NCBI GenBank assembly: GCA_018825385.1
Contig: JAHJEX010000071.1
Span: 1,547 to 65,546, forward strand
Reading direction: 5' to 3'
Origin: Patescibacteria group bacterium
Lineage (GTDB): Bacteria > Patescibacteriota > Patescibacteriia > UM-FILTER-42-10
DNA length: 64,000 nucleotides
Positions within the stretch are counted from its first letter, which is position 1. Every line of letters begins with the position of its first letter. A program made the position numbers and the translations under genes. The notes under the pieces were generated by a model. It was not told where the DNA came from, searched no databases, and saw only the letters and a program-made list of their open reading frames with translations. Shown one piece after another: positions 39,701 to 48,100 of the stretch.

Positions 39701-40315
39701 TAGGATTGTCCTAGATAGCTGGGCGGGATCAATTCCTTTTATAGAAAGTCCTCCATCAAATGTTACCTGAGAAAAGATTCCATCATTGAATCTATCCAGA
39801 ATTGAAGTTACAGTACATTTTGCTTGGCGAGGCTCTTCCAGTCCTAAATCTAAAGCTATTCCATACTGGATATTGACTTTGATAGCCGGGTCAATATCGC
39901 ACAAACTCCACCCCCATCCATCGGTTGTGAGAGTATCTAAAAAATCACCAACTGCTGCATTACCGGCATCTCTCACTGACTCCTTAAAATCTTCGGTATT
40001 GAACAAAGGTTCTTGCCCTGCGCCTCCGCTGGCAATTTTTACCGCCGCGTCATAAGCAATTTGTTGAGTAAAGACTCTCAAAGCATTCTTGTAAGCAATA
40101 TCCCCCGAAGTCTTTACTACCGACGTTACAGCCTCTGACAACGCACGAGGGATGTCTTGAATTGTGGTAGAAAAAGTAATATCACCAAAACCAAACAAAG
40201 CATTCGCTGGTTTTGGCATGAAGGTGACAATTTGTACAAAAGCAACAACTAAAACAAAAACACCAATTACTGTTCTTTTAATGTGGTGTTTTGATTTTTT
40301 TTGAGGGCCTTGCAT
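30791..40315 (-). CDS. Giant (3174 aa) signal-anchored, Cys-rich surface protein with two PA14 domains (adhesin-like)
   Basis: N-terminal anchor KRTVIGVFVLVVAFVQIVTF. PA14-like segments: LFFNVNDGVRIWVDDLS...WHPIKIEFNNAEGAYGGLQLGW (about 33500-33800) and FQFNTNDGLRFYIDDLA...WHPIMVEYYQNLGDAQMIFTW (about 32950-33250). There are hundreds of Cys residues in CxxC/CxxxC contexts. Confidence 0.7.
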   Translation of the reverse strand: MQGPQKKSKHHIKRTVIGVFVLVVAFVQIVTFMPKPANALFGFGDITFSTTIQDIPRALSEAVTSVVKTSGDIAYKNALRVFTQQIAYDAAVKIASGGAGQEPLFNTEDFKESVRDAGNAAVGDFLDTLTTDGWGWSLCDIDPAIKVNIQYGIALDLGLEEPRQAKCTVTSILDRFNDGIFSQVTFDGGLSIKGIDPAQLSRTILKEFPNMWGDEQTNVGQYLTVYKGAVEKKFEAETAEAASQEKGFKDLVSAITGRTKTPAATIEATQNFALSQTTTAEETNTGSIIADMVGVFTNTLVKKYMEFILVKGLNPAADSTSSQYGGQFGRTSSIAAAEAKFASFNQPNLSAGGSVDILNTLSSCPTSFAEPENCVIDASFRTAVEQQLRLEEAIDRGYINGNKPFGYGDGGSQLNYTEGYPYRSLVLLRRHRVVPVSWELAASYIREYGGGARSLNDLIREFDDESSQYYQLIDPDWVLKAPASQCVNSGYGETFLFDEYLDADGKSETPKVRQIQRNTSCVDDQSCLSEDEAGNCQQYGYCTKEDPIWRFGGDSCPDYYNTCTTYIDSQGQPDSYLRDTLDFNGCSADNVGCQWYCKEYNEVDDRWECYWDDVNNDDYSMWSDGLFDPWGLVYTPGPDYRDWMSHLTAGAETCTADVAGCNEYIRTTHGTNLINNASFEYYTGDPDNLVSNTFDAWVPIGGTSIEAVTPDTPGVIPFSGITALSMLPGAPLSEGIMSSFNTGSPIRGRSFTFSVYAMSLDPTACNNDGQVDVGNTGFIESSSTAIDNVSDQWQRYEVTVNLPDTIVASEQTLDVRFYADSVCDMLYDAVMLEESSSAGQYADYGTVNRIYLTGERDTCDPDDVGCQWYDPLAGGDQIPAQITPSDQCPSQDVGCKAFEEVPLTTIVPNPNHIERSGNYCHGGGNEGEACLTSLDCGTGYCFPSISFIPNTGLQCSAAYVGCEEYTNLDEVADGGEGKEYYTYLKQCVLPGEINTAPYYAWEGDAVAGYQLRAFRLKQSDIGLPYAPCTHLEVGPTLPLDCEDGSNTVIDCGPAGTNEYGTNPDCTQFFDASLNVFYRYKSQTITVSDDCHPERNSIDEDIYYGIPSESRACPQEFMGCREYLGNSGYNYRQIFFDDFEDGTTQGWTPATVSTNSVIAGGHSLASNVNTDIDKTVTVEDGKTYELRFWGMTPAASETITVRFDTVAGANGNTWFADQTVLTLPPTVTLVPEWQEFRLGPVTIDISDPAGWTGLPSSLQILSVGNQIYLDNIELVETTNSQYLVRDSFRTCYGSENCEAYSDSDGNIHYLKSFSKLCEENVAGCEALIDTMNTSSPFSEDYGDPLQTQSFITIPPDETVRFINKEEVRCSSSDKGCAELGEPVFDERNNITGYDTVYLKDNADQYSDIWCAHSEVGCEEFGFSGSTGKTFFKDPAGRLCEYKQLLGSYVLDWYIVGTEELCDKTDTPPNPAIPAFVCEGGSPALPAGTVCNPDNPVECTNGSRCIPWVGVCEAEFDGCEAYRDPVDPVGCQPNCPYENGVLFDENCAESVGGLPGCETYYYIDRTVDATSCNGVVNEEKGCKLFNDTSQSINYSADLSPDGLKKYCNLDPSDVTFYGQECETDVDCSPPTGICIENPEFGPPVLGRYGTCSGGTNPGDPCTATGAECLGGSCNPLYTANSSPYNDSNTVLKVRRDRVCDEWLYCKTSFEVDDELDLDGDGKTKEDVCFEIGLCDELGPGGLCAGTVTTPPANVTGDTGAYPFDDFQNLSGFVSAGLQYGCKDDHSVSCTVATELTDCAGPLGEECHIIEGLYPYSEMFEVGMGGAITKDLVQFGDFESDAIEGFMVCDDEQENKGDSCIVDAHCIPNEELTDTANCKDVNEDPSWSPIFPALDSEIIVVEGEETLGNAALDENNYLLYKAGALGVCDDASDNEGTTCILAGSECTGGGSCSFVGLGVKVDLGSNILNNTEYIASFDFRFEYLPQEGSEEIAVSLAQFDGVNIVGENLLGYFNGSTGWTQQVLEPVEVTGLPDENAQTFLLIRNMGGNISFALDNVSMKPALAVKAFDSPGIRGDYFTHVYQPTVTSVPGLNEECFTDTNLSVPCAANPYEVPMINWYEPCVACYDESPAAIDCSIPDSICCLCGNADRFVTIPGEMQAFVPNNNDLIIEGSSARWEGGINFPSSGIYTLFFNVNDGVRIWVDDLSPGAEIVSAWGNIPTLGFMYSEYFTAGWHPIKIEFNNAEGAYGGLQLGWVTGQWDPSDCGGGIPNPFCVEYAWDANGDGEISPIAWTNNSATSVVEGMAHPDWNRITAIPNSYLIPQSSLTTELERVFGSYLGTYVSNNLDYSVPAMANHLNDQAGTDEQVAVRWTGQILLETAGNYGFQFNTNDGLRFYIDDLANPVLDDWNDGDNNNSVTLFGLDAGWHPIMVEYYQNLGDAQMIFTWRPAGAAGFTIVPAANLSTTDGDEAYIVRSCRAYPREDSEKCQYTNSDLVEFNGWQGYCIETDPTNANKCITWWPVDVISGESSVFGTVEPAGYKGRRPLYMCVEASGNFDDTTRTLPGNIDTQDFCGENNVRTGLVEQAYGYRRPVQTNWLNAECDIPWNYINQGCSGDYACGSLENIPQLRSVASCGGRQMLPGGAAAGFYGWVSCTGGNGINRTVAAIGEDVNYHEWEIDRIEWVQQRSSHGDWPSNAYTWVANAENGWHILGDQGGWNKDPGESINCQDLNCFEVKVNFDSVDKTIESYFVHMSDGSTNFGGMWVMGYIYLRDSCKEIAKVVSPTDDKAWAQRTANTSSYVIPELLYTYSSDSAPFGAIVAGQGDDPGQTWDSMGDQQLLNPLYVDNFDNYPLPAFNNQRSGRPYSCDGDCVPKVCFGGDYDTAHRSVQYPCSTDADCGGTADDRGVCVGVGFCSDAQTVACEIDQDCIDINGGSCVGSEVRGRGDGPTDPTGDDWAIERLQRIFGYIYGAWRWDDGTGSYQDITNTAVWAQNWNDAFVTMPLCNMECDISGAACVNDTDCALPGDSCNAGLGPRPTWPGLPGETDLCGILPTIDNVLVNGATGDVELFGGGSVTLTFNSFVDPEQEALKHIVVDWGDTSTSHIMWNGAPKSDPSQPHLMSHTYDAPGGILNYNIEIMLIDNWGFCNDQPETDSGSRDCSIGVRDYQGFDGVITVYPS

Positions 40316-40350
40316 ATTGCCTTAAACGAAATAATTAAACACTAAAATGC

Positions 40351-41181
40351 TTAGTATAATTCTTCTTGTAAAGCCTGGTAATACAGAAGCTCCAACGTTT
40401 CATCATCTACCTGGCTTAGATCAGCCTCGCTAACTCCACTGCCAATTAGCAGTTGCCTGATTTGTGCCGCATCAAGTTGTTGCAGAGCATCAAGCGTAAT
40501 TTCCTGACCTGCTGAATCCGCCGGTGCAAGACTATCTGTCTGATTTGTAAGTTCTTGAGGGTCAATGCCTGTTTCCACCACTGTATCTTCATACACTGTC
40601 CTAAGCGTCTCATCATCCATAGCGTCAACAATATTTGCCGGCGCTCCCAATTGTTTCAAAGTATCTCTTAGCTCTCCTGCAGAAAGTTCATTCGTAGTAG
40701 TGGTAGTGACAACAGTATTTGTTAAATCTGACGCAGGTTCAGTTGCTACCGTTGTAATTACACAAACCTCGCCCTTTGGACAATTGGGGTCGTTTCCGCT
40801 GTCCAGCTCGTCTTTATCTGAAATATTGTCGCTGTCTGAGTCAGCTACATACGGACTGGTTCCATATATGTAAAGTTCATCATAGTCATTAAGCCCGTCC
40901 TGATCTGTATCCTTCTCTTTGAGAAAAACCAGCTGGTCATATTCCGAATCACTATTTGTCAGTGCATTTTGTGTATCTTCTCCATCGGAACCGACAAGAG
41001 GAGAACCTATTGTACCGGAAATTTGGAATACTCCCAGTACTATTGCGCTGAAACCAACAAACAGAAGTGCTCCAAAAATGATATTCTGCCTTTTTTGGGA
41101 GTCTAATTGTGATTTTTTGTTTTGATTTTTTTGGGGTGAGACTACATCCATAACCCTTCTATAGAGTGTAAAATAGCTCAA
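40351..41181 (-). CDS. Membrane-anchored protein with thrombospondin-type-3-like Ca-binding Asp repeats
   Basis: TM segment IIFGALLFVGFSAIVLGVF. Repeats DTDQDGLNDYDE and DSDSDNISDKDELDSGNDPNCP. Confidence 0.45.
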   Translation of the reverse strand: MSYFTLYRRVMDVVSPQKNQNKKSQLDSQKRQNIIFGALLFVGFSAIVLGVFQISGTIGSPLVGSDGEDTQNALTNSDSEYDQLVFLKEKDTDQDGLNDYDELYIYGTSPYVADSDSDNISDKDELDSGNDPNCPKGEVCVITTVATEPASDLTNTVVTTTTTNELSAGELRDTLKQLGAPANIVDAMDDETLRTVYEDTVVETGIDPQELTNQTDSLAPADSAGQEITLDALQQLDAAQIRQLLIGSGVSEADLSQVDDETLELLYYQALQEELY

Positions 41182-41264
41182 AAATAATCGTCCCCATTAT
41201 ATCATAATTACCCCAAAGTGTCAAACTGATAGTGCTTTCAATTGCCGATTTTTGTCTTGCTGTG

Positions 41265-42140
41265 CTACTTTTCAAGAATTTTCTTATTATTTAGAGTAAA
41301 AGTCAACTTTTTCCAGCTATTTACGGCAATGTCTTGCGGTCTGAATTCGGGTTTAATACCGCTTTCTACTAATATTTTCTTTATTTTCTGAGTTTCAACA
41401 TGCAAACTGTTCGCAAGATTGTTATGAATCTGTTTACGCTTTGCAGAAAACCCCGCCTTTACTACTTGAAAAAACTGTTTCTCACTAAAATCATAGCCAT
41501 CCGCCTTATTTCTCTCTTTAATTTGCTTGCCTGTTCTAATATTACCTATTTTGACTATAGCACTATCAACTTTTGGCTCAGGCCAAAAGCATGTCCTTGA
41601 AACCCCATGGATAATTTGGGGTTTTCCGTAAAATTGGACTGACACTGCTAAGAGACTAAGTTTCCCTACACTGGCCACCACTCTTTCTGCCACCTCTTTC
41701 TGCATCAGTAATGTCATTGCACAAGGTTTAGGTTCTTGCTCAAGAAACTTTCTAAGTATAAACGAAGTTATATTGTACGGGAGATTCGCAACTATTTTAT
41801 ATTCCTGGCCGCTTACTAGTTTGCTAATATCTAATTTAAGAATGTCCTGATGAATTATTTCGATCAAAGGGAAGGCAGTCCCCAGTTTATTTAACTCGGG
41901 CATAAATCTTTTCTCTAATTCTACTGCCCATACTTTTTTTGCTTTTTCTGCAAGTCTTTTTGTCAGCGGGCCAAAGCCAGCTCCAATCTCAAGCACATTA
42001 TCACTTTTTTTCAGTTGCGCTGCATTAATGATTATGTCCAATGGTTCTTCTTCAATTAAAAAATTCTGCCCGCTTTTGCGTTGAGGGTGGATCCCATATT
42101 TTTTTGTAAGATATTTTGTTTCGTCCTGAAGATTATTCAA
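41265..42140 (-). CDS. rsmA: 16S rRNA (adenine1518/1519-N6)-dimethyltransferase
   Basis: SGQNFLIEEEPLDIIINAAQL...VLEIGAGFGPLTKRLAE is read from the translation. The length is 291 aa. Confidence 0.8.
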   Translation of the reverse strand: MNNLQDETKYLTKKYGIHPQRKSGQNFLIEEEPLDIIINAAQLKKSDNVLEIGAGFGPLTKRLAEKAKKVWAVELEKRFMPELNKLGTAFPLIEIIHQDILKLDISKLVSGQEYKIVANLPYNITSFILRKFLEQEPKPCAMTLLMQKEVAERVVASVGKLSLLAVSVQFYGKPQIIHGVSRTCFWPEPKVDSAIVKIGNIRTGKQIKERNKADGYDFSEKQFFQVVKAGFSAKRKQIHNNLANSLHVETQKIKKILVESGIKPEFRPQDIAVNSWKKLTFTLNNKKILEK

Positions 42141-42155
42141 AATATGATTTCATTT

Positions 42156-43322
42156 TTATAATAAAACATATAAAAGGGTCATGCTACCGCCAATAATAAA
42201 TGCGATTGCGAATCCCCAAGAAGCTGGAAAGATGAACAATAAAATCAAAATTATAAAAGCGGCGAGCAGCTTACCGATTACCAATGCTAATTCAAAATTA
42301 ACAATAGATTTCATAACATTGTGCTTCTGAGCTCTATCATACGTCATAGCCATTAACGGAACAGCGATCGTTTTCTTGGTTATTCGGGAAAGTGAATCAA
42401 TTAAAAATATATGCCAACCAGCCGTTGCAATTAATCGGATGAGCCAGATAAAAGTTGAGCTGATCGAACCGAACCTCACGATGCCTCTTTTGCTTCTCTT
42501 ATCCGTGAGTTTACCGATGTAAAGAGTAGCAAATGTCGTAGTAAATGTTGCCAATGCAACAACCATTCCTACGGAAAAGAAATTTGTCACCACAACATAT
42601 ATGAACACCGGCCATACTACCATCACGATCAATTCTTCCCCAAACCCAATATAAGCGAACAATTTTCTTCTGTTCTTTTTGCTAAACAACCTTTGATAAG
42701 CATCTTGATAAGAAAAGTCCAGCATTTTGAATTTCTCCTTTGTTGTCAGCAGTGGAATGCTTGAAGCAAGAATTAGAACAGCAGCAATAATGAAAAGAAC
42801 GTTAAAATTCCAAATAGCTAAAATTGCTCCGCCAACAAGCGGACCAACTATATATACCAGCGAGTCAATTGCATCCATTTCTCCAATCTCTTTTCCACGC
42901 TCTTTGCCACTAGAAAATTTTGCAAAATCCGCATGATATCCTGTCCAATAGAGAGATTTATTGATGGCAAAGAATAAAGGGGCAATTACTAAAAAAACTG
43001 CGCTTGTCCCTATTGCATATAAAGCTAAATAGTATCCCACCAGAAAGATGGTGCTTAATGTCATGCTGTGCTCATAGCCAAATTTATTGGCATACTTGGC
43101 ACCTAATGGAAGAATAATGAAATAGACTATATATACTTCAATATAAAAAAGTAAAATTACCTTGAGTGAATAACCCAGAGTGTAAATGTATATCGGTTCG
43201 AATAATGAAACAGACGCAACTGCAAAATCCATTATTGCTCTAGACCAATACAACTCTTTTATTTGACGGGTAATATGGTGCGGGAAAAAACTGGGTACGG
43301 GAAGATGAAAATATTTAGCCAT
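42156..43322 (-). CDS. MFS-type transporter (12 TM)
   Basis: It is hydrophobic throughout. The MFS motif-A-like loop reads GKLTDKRSKRGIVRFG. Confidence 0.55.
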   Translation of the reverse strand: MAKYFHLPVPSFFPHHITRQIKELYWSRAIMDFAVASVSLFEPIYIYTLGYSLKVILLFYIEVYIVYFIILPLGAKYANKFGYEHSMTLSTIFLVGYYLALYAIGTSAVFLVIAPLFFAINKSLYWTGYHADFAKFSSGKERGKEIGEMDAIDSLVYIVGPLVGGAILAIWNFNVLFIIAAVLILASSIPLLTTKEKFKMLDFSYQDAYQRLFSKKNRRKLFAYIGFGEELIVMVVWPVFIYVVVTNFFSVGMVVALATFTTTFATLYIGKLTDKRSKRGIVRFGSISSTFIWLIRLIATAGWHIFLIDSLSRITKKTIAVPLMAMTYDRAQKHNVMKSIVNFELALVIGKLLAAFIILILLFIFPASWGFAIAFIIGGSMTLLYVLL

Positions 43323-43328
43323 TTTTGT

Positions 43329-43940
43329 TTAAAAAGTTATGCTGCCTCTCCTCAGAAGCACTATTTTTTTAGATGATGCCTTGACAATGGTTGAAGGTTT
43401 CACTTTTGGCAATTTGCCAATGTTGACTACTAGAGCAACTTTTTTTTCTAGGTTGGAAATTTGTTTTTGGATTGCTTTTACAGAATAACATTCTTTTTCC
43501 ATTGAGTCATTAGCACTAGTGCTAATAATCGGACCGCCTAGTCCTTTTGCAATTTCACGCGCAATAGAGTTTCCGGAAACTCGCATTGCTATAGTTTGTT
43601 TACCAGCTGTCAATAATGCCGGAATTCCTTTTTTCTTTTTTAGGACAAGTGTAAGTGCTCCCGGCCAATACTTTTTGGCCAGCATTGAAGAAACGGGATC
43701 AAATAATGCAAACTTTTTTGCCTGCTCTATATTTCCGACTATTACTGGCAGTGGAAAATTTGCTGTTCTTTTTTTGATTTGGTAAATTTTTTTGATAGTT
43801 TTTTTATTTCTTGCGTCACCTCCAATTGCGTATGCAGTTTCTGTGGGATAAATAATAACCCCCCCTGCTTCAAGGAGGGTAACAATCTTCTGTACAGTTT
43901 GCTTAGAAAGTTTTTTGTTCGAAACAAAAATTTGCTCCAT
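43329..43940 (-). CDS. tsaC: L-threonylcarbamoyladenylate synthase (YrdC/Sua5 family)
   Basis: YPTETAYAIGGDARNKKTIKKIYQIKKR...PLPVIV and ISTSANDS are read from the translation. Confidence 0.75.
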   Translation of the reverse strand: MEQIFVSNKKLSKQTVQKIVTLLEAGGVIIYPTETAYAIGGDARNKKTIKKIYQIKKRTANFPLPVIVGNIEQAKKFALFDPVSSMLAKKYWPGALTLVLKKKKGIPALLTAGKQTIAMRVSGNSIAREIAKGLGGPIISTSANDSMEKECYSVKAIQKQISNLEKKVALVVNIGKLPKVKPSTIVKASSKKIVLLRRGSITF

Positions 43941-43946
43941 GAATAT

Positions 43947-45110
43947 CTACAATACATTAATAAACAATGAAACTAGCGCTGCAACAGGAAAGGCCAAGTT
44001 TATACCGCCAAAAGCGATTATAGCTAACATAAAACAAAGCATAACAACACGACCTAAGTTTATAGACATCTCTCGCATGACCGTATATTCGTCAACATAA
44101 TGACCCGAATCGGCCGCTTTCTCATACATTAGGGCATCAAAAGGAGTACGCATTACGACAGTAGCAAAGTTATGATAAGTTGAGGCAATGAAAATTTGAA
44201 AGCCTGTTGTAACAAATGTCTTAAAAATCCAGCCGGCGGCATAGAGTATTGATCCGGTTCGCATTAATTTCTTTTTTTTCACTTTGTCCGTGTATTTGCC
44301 CATTATCAAACGAATAACAATCGTCACAACCACAACAATAGAAGAAATTAAACCAATAGTTAAATAATTTCCTTCTAGGATTTGCCAGATAAATATCGGC
44401 CACAAAACTACCCCCACTGCATTTTCTGCTCCATCCGCCCCATATGCAAGTATGTTCCTTCTGTTTTTTTTGTGAAAAAGTTTTTTGAAAGTTTCCCAAT
44501 AGCCAAAGCTGTATTTTTCATACACTGCTCTAATCAAGAAAAATGGAATTACTGACATAATAATCAAGATTATTACGATAACAAATAAGGTCTGAAAATC
44601 AAATCTATCTAGAATAAAACCACCGGCAAAAGGAACGGCAATACTGACTAAAGAAGCAATAGACGCTAAGAAGCCAATTTGTTTTCCTCTGTTCCTTTTA
44701 TCTGTGAACTCTGCAAAGTCAGTATGATAAGGGACCCAATAAAACATTCGATACATTGTCAAGAAGAATATAGATGCAATCGCAAATAGAAGAACATCGG
44801 ATTCAAAAAGGTACAAGGAAACATAATACAGCGTCAGAAAAGGAACGCTAAGTATTAGTGTTCTTTTTAGATTTATCTTGGACATTACTTTTGCTCCAAT
44901 CGGGCATGTGAAAAAATATATTATGTGTCCAACCATAAAATAGTAAATAACGTAGTTGATGTTTTGATCAAAACTGAGGTAAAGAAAAACGGGCAAAAAA
45001 AGCCCGAGCATTCCGTTCGCTATTTGCAGAATCACCCGATTCATATATAGCGACACAACCCCCGAAGAAAGTTCACTCTTCAGATAGAATTTTGAAAAGA
45101 AACCTTTCAT
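43947..45110 (-). CDS. MFS-type transporter, paralog of 42156..43322
   Basis: It shares GYW/FKKLFHKKNRRN and TDKVKKKKLMRTG loops with the other transporter. Confidence 0.55.
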   Translation of the reverse strand: MKGFFSKFYLKSELSSGVVSLYMNRVILQIANGMLGLFLPVFLYLSFDQNINYVIYYFMVGHIIYFFTCPIGAKVMSKINLKRTLILSVPFLTLYYVSLYLFESDVLLFAIASIFFLTMYRMFYWVPYHTDFAEFTDKRNRGKQIGFLASIASLVSIAVPFAGGFILDRFDFQTLFVIVIILIIMSVIPFFLIRAVYEKYSFGYWETFKKLFHKKNRRNILAYGADGAENAVGVVLWPIFIWQILEGNYLTIGLISSIVVVVTIVIRLIMGKYTDKVKKKKLMRTGSILYAAGWIFKTFVTTGFQIFIASTYHNFATVVMRTPFDALMYEKAADSGHYVDEYTVMREMSINLGRVVMLCFMLAIIAFGGINLAFPVAALVSLFINVL

Positions 45111-48100
45111 CTATTTTACTACAATATTTAGCAACTTGCCTGGAACAAATATTTTATTTATAACCTGTTTATCAGAAATCAGTTTCTTAATTTTTTCATT
45201 CCTTTCAATGTATTGTAGCACATCTTCTTCGGTTACGTCAGTTGGCATCATGCTTTTATCTTTCAGTTTTCCATTAATTTGAATCACAAACTCAATTTCT
45301 TCATCCTTTGCTAAATTTGAATCAAAGTGCGGCCAGGGTGATAAATGAATAGATTCTTTGTGACCTAGCTTTTTCCATAATTCTTCTGCCAAGTGAGGAG
45401 CAAAAGGAGACAAAAGCAACAGGAATTTTTCAAATGCTTCTTGCCCAACTTCTTTCTGATTGTTCATTTCATTAATCATAATCATCAGTGCCGACACAGC
45501 TGTGTTGAAATGGAATTCATTTATATCCTCTGTAACTTTCTTAATTGTTTTATGAACCAAGTTCCGATCAAATTCTGCACTCTTTTTTACTTTTTCAAAA
45601 AGTAAATTTGCTTTATCCAAAAATCTGCGTACTCCCAAAATACCTTTTGTGTCCCAAGGAATCGCTTCGGCAAAGGGTCCCATGAACATCTCATACATGC
45701 GCATCGTGTCTGCACCGTATTCTTTTATTACATCATCAGGGTTAACCACATTGCCAAGAGACTTTGACATTTTCTTGCCGTCCTCTGCCAGAACCATACC
45801 GTGGGAAATTCTTTTCTGGTAGGGTTCCGGTTGAGGCACCATTTTTAAATCATAAAGCGCCTTGTACCAGAAACGTGAATATAAAAGATGCAGAGTTGTA
45901 TGTTCCATCCCGCCGTTATACAGATCAACCGGCATCCAATATTTCAGTGCTTTTTTAGAAGCAAATTCTTTTGCATTATGTGGATCGCAGTAGCGCATAA
46001 AATACCAGCTGGAACCCGCCCAGTTTGGCATCGTATCTGTTTCTCTCTTTGCATCACCCTTACATTTTGGACACTTAACATTTACCCAGTCTTTTATTCC
46101 AGCCAGAGGTGATTCCCCAGTATCAGTCGGTTCATAGTTTTTCACTTTAGGCAGTTCTACTGGAAGATCCTTTTCCGGGACAGGGACAATACCAACTGGC
46201 ATCTGACTACCTTCTACTATTTCTTCAAATATTTCAGGGAAGGTAAATGCACCGCCATTAAGTATTGTAAAATGACTTCTGCCCTTTAGCATTCTAAAAT
46301 CTGCTTTTAGTACTTTTTTGTAGTGTTTAGGAACTGATTCTGGAATGTAGTGGTCATTGTCTGAATGAAAATAAACAATTTTTTCAGTATTATTATGGAT
46401 TTGATCATAAGGTATATCCGGCTGGTTAAATTTATGTTGATATTCTGTTGGATCATTGGGATGTTTTTTTGCATAAGCTTTCCAATCAATGTCACGACAT
46501 GTTGGTGCAACCAGAATCAGTTTTCCGATCTTCTTTTTTAGTTTGGAAATAAATTGCATTGCAGCTACCCCACCAAGGGAGTGTCCAATTATTACTGAAT
46601 TCTCGTTCAGTTTATCCTTATATTGTTCCAAGAAACTTAACCACGTATCCAGATTAGGTTCCATAGGATCTGGCATATCAGGAGCAACCACTTCATGACC
46701 CAGTTTTTCTAATTCGTCCGCTAGCCAACCATACCAAAGATTTCTACCATAATTACCTGTTCCATGGATAATTAAAACTGTTTTCTTTTCTCTCTCTTTG
46801 CAATTTTCGCAATGAATCAGAGGAATTGGCTCTCCCCAATAATGCTGGCGAGAAAAGATCCAGTCGCGAAGTTTGTAATTGACCTCCGCTTTACCATATC
46901 CTTCTTTTTCTATCCATGTAGTTATCCTTTTTATTCCTTCTTTTGAATTTAACCCATCAAATTGTCCGGAGTTAATTATCTTTCCTTCTCCAGTATAAAA
47001 TTCCTTCTTAATATCACCACCAGAAATCACTTCCTGAATAGGAAGATTAAATTTTTTGGCAAACTCATAATCACGCTCATCGTGAGCAGGCACCGCCATA
47101 ATTGCACCCGTACCATAAGAGATTAAAACATAGTCCGCCACCCAAACAGGCATCTCTTTACCGCTCGCTGGATTGATCGCTTTAATTCCTTTCAATTCAA
47201 CACCGGTTTTTTTCTTTGCTAAATCAGTCCTTTCTAAATCGCTTTTATTTTGTGATGCTTTGACATATTTTTCTACTTCCTTTGAATTGCCAATTTCTGA
47301 CAATAGTTTTTCTACCAATTCATGCTCCGGTGACAATACCATATAGGTCGCACCGAAAAGAGTATCCGGTCTTGTAGTAAATACATTTATTCGATACTTC
47401 AAATCCTTCAATCTAAATTGAACCTTTGCTCCGTCAGATTTTCCAATCCAATTAATCTGTTGGGTTTTAATTTTCTTCAGATAATCTACAGTATCTAAAT
47501 CATCAATTAGGCGCTGGGCATATTGAGTAATTTTGAATATCCATTGTTTAAGATTTTTTTTACCAGTTTCTGTGCCACAGCGTTCACATTTTCCTGCAAC
47601 CACCTCCTCATTGGCCAGCCCGATTTTACAGGAAGGGCACCAGTTGATTGGCATTTCTTTTTGATACAGTAACCCGGCTTTATAAAGTTGTAAAAAAATC
47701 CACTGTGTCCATTTATAATATTCCGGATCGGTTGTTACCACTTCTCTTGACCAGTCAAACGAAAGGCCCAGAGATTTTAGTTGCAAACGAAAACGCTCAA
47801 CATTTTTCTTTGTGATGTCGGCAGGATTTTTTTTGACTTTAATCGCATAATTTTCCGCCGGCAAACCAAAGGCATCAAATCCCATTGGGAATAAAACATT
47901 ATTTCCCTCCATTCGTTTCTTACGCGCAACAATATCCAATGCCGTATAGCTGCGTGGATGACCGACGTGCAATCCATCCGCCGAAGGATATGGAAATTCG
48001 ATCAGGCAATAAAACTTTTTTTTACTGGAATCGTCTTTGGTGGCATAAAGCTTTTGCTTTTCCCATTGTTCCTGCCATTTTTTTTCTATTGATTGATGAT

